In this document: positions 60,451 to 64,000 of the stretch, one piece after another
Layout of the letters: each line of letters starts with the position of its first letter
How positions within the stretch are numbered: position 1 is the first letter of the stretch
NCBI GenBank assembly: GCA_050084515.1
Contig: CM114271.1
Coordinates: forward strand, 39,308,001-39,372,000
Source of the DNA: Blasia pusilla
Taxonomy: Eukaryota
Reading direction: 5' to 3'
Length of the DNA stretch: 64,000 bases
Made by a program: the position numbers and the translations under genes
Notes under the pieces: generated by a model
Databases searched by the model: none
Told to the model about the DNA's origin: nothing
Seen by the model: the letters and a program-made list of their open reading frames with translations, nothing else

Positions 60451-63387
60451 TGATCAAACCCCATGAGGCAAGAGATACTTGTGAACATGTTGAACTCTCT
60501 AGAGTTCCTATCCCGTTATAAGTCACGCCAACTCCTAAACTCTGCAATGAAGTTGTGCAACTCTTTCGTGCATATAGCACTCAAAAACCTATGCGGTCCT
60601 CTACCCGGGTCTTCCATCTCGTACTCCCAGGCATCAAGAGCAGTAACAGTGTGCGGTGATGCACTAACCAATTGCTCTATGCTCTCCCCCTTGTTTGACG
60701 ATGACACAGAAGGAGGTCAAGTCAGTTTCTCGTGTGGAGACCCTCAGAACCTCACACCACTCCGCGTATAACCTCTAGAGATACTCTTAGGTCCACCACC
60801 TCACCTCTCAAAGTCTCGGAAGGACGACGTGATGACTCTTATGCCCCTCTGATGCGATCACTCTCAATCTAATGAGTAATCCCTCAATCACTCAACCCAA
60901 ACATGCGGCACTCAATCTACACTCCCTCTCATTGAGACGTGTACTATGTGGCAACAAGCGGTGTGGTGCGGCAAATCAGCTGATCTATCATCTTATCGAC
61001 ATAACATACCCTAAACTTTGGACATCCCACACATTTTTATATCCCCTACACCCATACAGTCATGATGCTCTCAGCATCCATACAAAACTCATTATCCTAG
61101 AATAACTACCAAATACCCAGAATTCCCTCACACGTGCAGGGAAAACGAGCAGAATGGGTAACCTAACAACAATGTCGATGTCACTCCTCAACAACTGCAA
61201 ATTTCAATCCCAACTCGGTCATGACGACCAACTCTTGTAATCAACAAATTCTACTCCTCTAGTACTGACAATAATTAACTCTCCTTGATGTGCGGTACGG
61301 GTCCAGCGGTATGGTGCGGCACAGGCAACACAAAATGGCTACAAACGACACGGCCCTCGGTGTTGGGATGCGACACTCAAGGGCATATCCTCCTCAATAG
61401 AAACACCCGCTTTGTCCCCTAGTGATGGTATGGCTTCGCGATCGAGATGGTGTGGTGCAGCCATTAGTGGCACGATGCGCCAATCAGAGGCGCATTGGAG
61501 TTACGGAAGTCACGGAACGGTACTTGATCGTCATCGAGCACCTACCAAAAACTATGCATAGCCAAGAGGAAAGAAAACTACGACCCTATAAATCAAGATA
61601 TCACCTACCATCACTAGAAGGCACTCGAAAATAATCGGTATGCGACGGTCGATGACGACACAATTGCACTGGTTCTGCACCGTGCAAAACGATGATCAAA
61701 GACTCACTCTCGAGTCTTGGTTGTTGTTGCTAGTACTCAGTGGATTTTAACTCAAAAAAATTGACTATCTTCAGTGCCTACTGTCCAATCAACAACGGTG
61801 ATCAAGGTTGTTGACAATGGCCAACAGATAGAGCAAGGACAACCCGAATGCAGGGTCCGGGGAGTTTTTTCGTGACAACCGGTACATTTCCGGTCTCTAC
61901 AAAATTGAGCGGAAATTTTTGAAGATTTCATCATTCCAGCCAACTAAACATATACAAATACAAAGGACACCCTCCCTAAACCCTCGGTTTTTGGCTGGTA
62001 AGTGACAAACTGAATCGGAAATTCTCAAATTCTTCCAGCCAGCTCAACACGGAACCCCGGTTCTCCCCGGACATTGCCCGAATGGACACTGAAAGTCAAT
62101 AGTAATTATAATAACTCTCATGTTGGTAAATATGACTCTATTTTAACCTTGTTCAAAAAGTCAAATTTTTTTCCCACTCCACTAACTCTTAAACTAAGGG
62201 TCAACTCACTAAAATTGCTCACTTTTGGCTAACTAATACTCCACTAAGCACCATAAATATTGGGTCAACACCCACTAAATAAAGTTTCCACTTGCTTTAA
62301 CCTCAAGATCCTAAGTTTGACTTTTTCTTTCCATAATAATACAAGATTTTTGAATTTTTTTACCTCAACTAAGAAGTTACCAAGAATTTCAAATTTTGCT
62401 CTCCATACGGTGGTTATGGTAGATCCGTGGAAATGATCATAACTTCTTGCTCACATGTTTAAATTTTGCACGGTTTCTTCCATAAGATGCACAACTTCCC
62501 GATCTTCAACTTGGTTAAATTGGTTTCTTCATTAAATCTTCCATTAAAATTTGACAGGAATTGTCGTGCAGTTCACAATCTCCTTAAAACTACACAAATT
62601 TTGGCAGCGCTTCTGCGCTAATTTCTCCCAAAAAAATTGAAAACCTATAAAAATAGCAATCAGCAAGCTACACAATACTCCTAAGAGCATTCACACGGAG
62701 CAATCCGCCCCCACACTCAATTTCTAATGAAAATTGAAGAGCGCTTCTGCGCTCCACTCTACCACACGAAAAATCGACAAAGCAGAATGCGCAAACAAGC
62801 AACCTTTGCTCCGATGAGCACTCCCATGAGTCATTGAACGGAAAAAACTATCCCCAACCTACATGAATAGCAAGAAACCAACAAGCTCCTCCATTCAAGC
62901 TCTCTCACTCCTTTATCTCTCTTTGTAAATCAATCAAATCTTTCTCACAACAAGCTCTCAATGGTGTGCGCTCTCTGTCTCTCTCTCATGTCAAACCAAA
63001 CCCACTCTCCTAACGAGAGTCTTCGGTTACACGCACAAGGCAAGGAGGACCATAGCTCGTCTGCCTCATGCCAAGAGGTTCAACAAAGAGAGAATGAGCT
63101 CTCAAGCTCTCTCTCGTGGAGGTATACCCTCTTCCCTCTTCCAAACCCTCTCCACGATAACCTATGCTTGGAGGTCAAATCCTTGGCACTTGACATGCTG
63201 TAGCGGGTCAAGGGTCACTTCCCAAAGTGGATACTCAACTATACCAAAAACAAAAACTTATCCTAAATAGTAAGTTTCTCAATATGGCTCCATATGAGCC
63301 GAAACGAAGGGGAAACTTGCTTTCTCAAGTTTCTCATCTTGAGGCTGTCCTCCTAGATCTCGTCGATCTATCCTACCGGAGGTGACA
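60450..63387 (-). mobile_element. gypsy copy 2: 5' LTR, leader and start of gag only
   Basis: 60480-61590 is colinear with 18611-19710, 62250-62870 with about 21215-21880, and 62962-63387 with 11561-12035; ends in ..TGACA at 63387. Confidence 0.88.
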
Positions 63388-64000
63388 AAGTCCATGATGC
63401 TTGATTTAAAAATCAAAAAATTGAAGTTCTTTCATAGGGGCTTAAGTGAGGAGGCAAGTACTTTATTAGACATAGGATGTTGCGTACTGATGGCTTGGAT
63501 GGTTAAGTCATTCAACTTCTCCATTGCTGAAACTATACTACTTCATCTATTAATAGACTCTTATACATTGTAAGTATCCAAAAGTATGAGGTTTGAATCC
63601 AATAAGTTCTTGTGATGATTGGATTGGTGTTCCTCCTTTTCTTAGCTTGATCTTTCTTTGCATAAAATATGTAAAGCTTTTATGTAAGACATTTACAATT
63701 CCATCCTAAAATATGAATGAGTCATTGTGTTTGTGGCCTTCATCTACATAAGAAAAAGGGAGTCTTCATACTAACTTAGCAAAGGATCTAGCTAGTTACT
63801 AACACGATATTCATGGAGATCTATTGGAATAACATCAACGCATTCTTTGTATTGAGTTCTACATGAGATATAGAGATGAATCATAACATATACTAGATTA
63901 TTAGTCGATAAGAAGTTTGGAAACAAAGTATGTTGAAGTTAAGATAGGATAATGAAACAATGATATAGATAATGATCTCATTTCATGTATTTATAAATAA

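Overview
Eukaryotic nuclear DNA from a land plant, most likely a non-seed plant (bryophyte, lycophyte or fern); that placement is inferred from gene and transposon types. Five host genes: the 3' part of an At5g61530-like RhoGAP gene, dihydroorotate dehydrogenase (PYRD), plastid ribosomal protein L1, TIM22, and an intronless receptor kinase with an LRR ectodomain and a WAK-type kinase domain. A same-strand snoRNA cluster (U14, a snoR23-like C/D RNA, further candidates) lies in what appears to be the spliced 5' leader of TIM22. The rest is nested, decayed transposons: two copies of a Ty3/gypsy family (the near-complete copy has an integrase ending in a PHD finger), a CACTA-ended block that splits an LTR and carries an EDM2-like triple-PHD module, an F-box-like ORF and a copia insertion, a second EDM2-like PHD module, a CRE-like non-LTR element with a restriction-like endonuclease just upstream of the receptor kinase, and a hAT relic. 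The most notable signals are histone-reader (PHD) modules carried in transposon contexts, the LRR-WAK chimera, the snoRNA cluster, and a GC-shifted, nearly gap-free inverted copy of the gypsy LTR and leader that could be biological or an assembly artefact. All homology calls come from motifs and reference sequences recalled from memory, not database searches; transposon boundaries are approximate.
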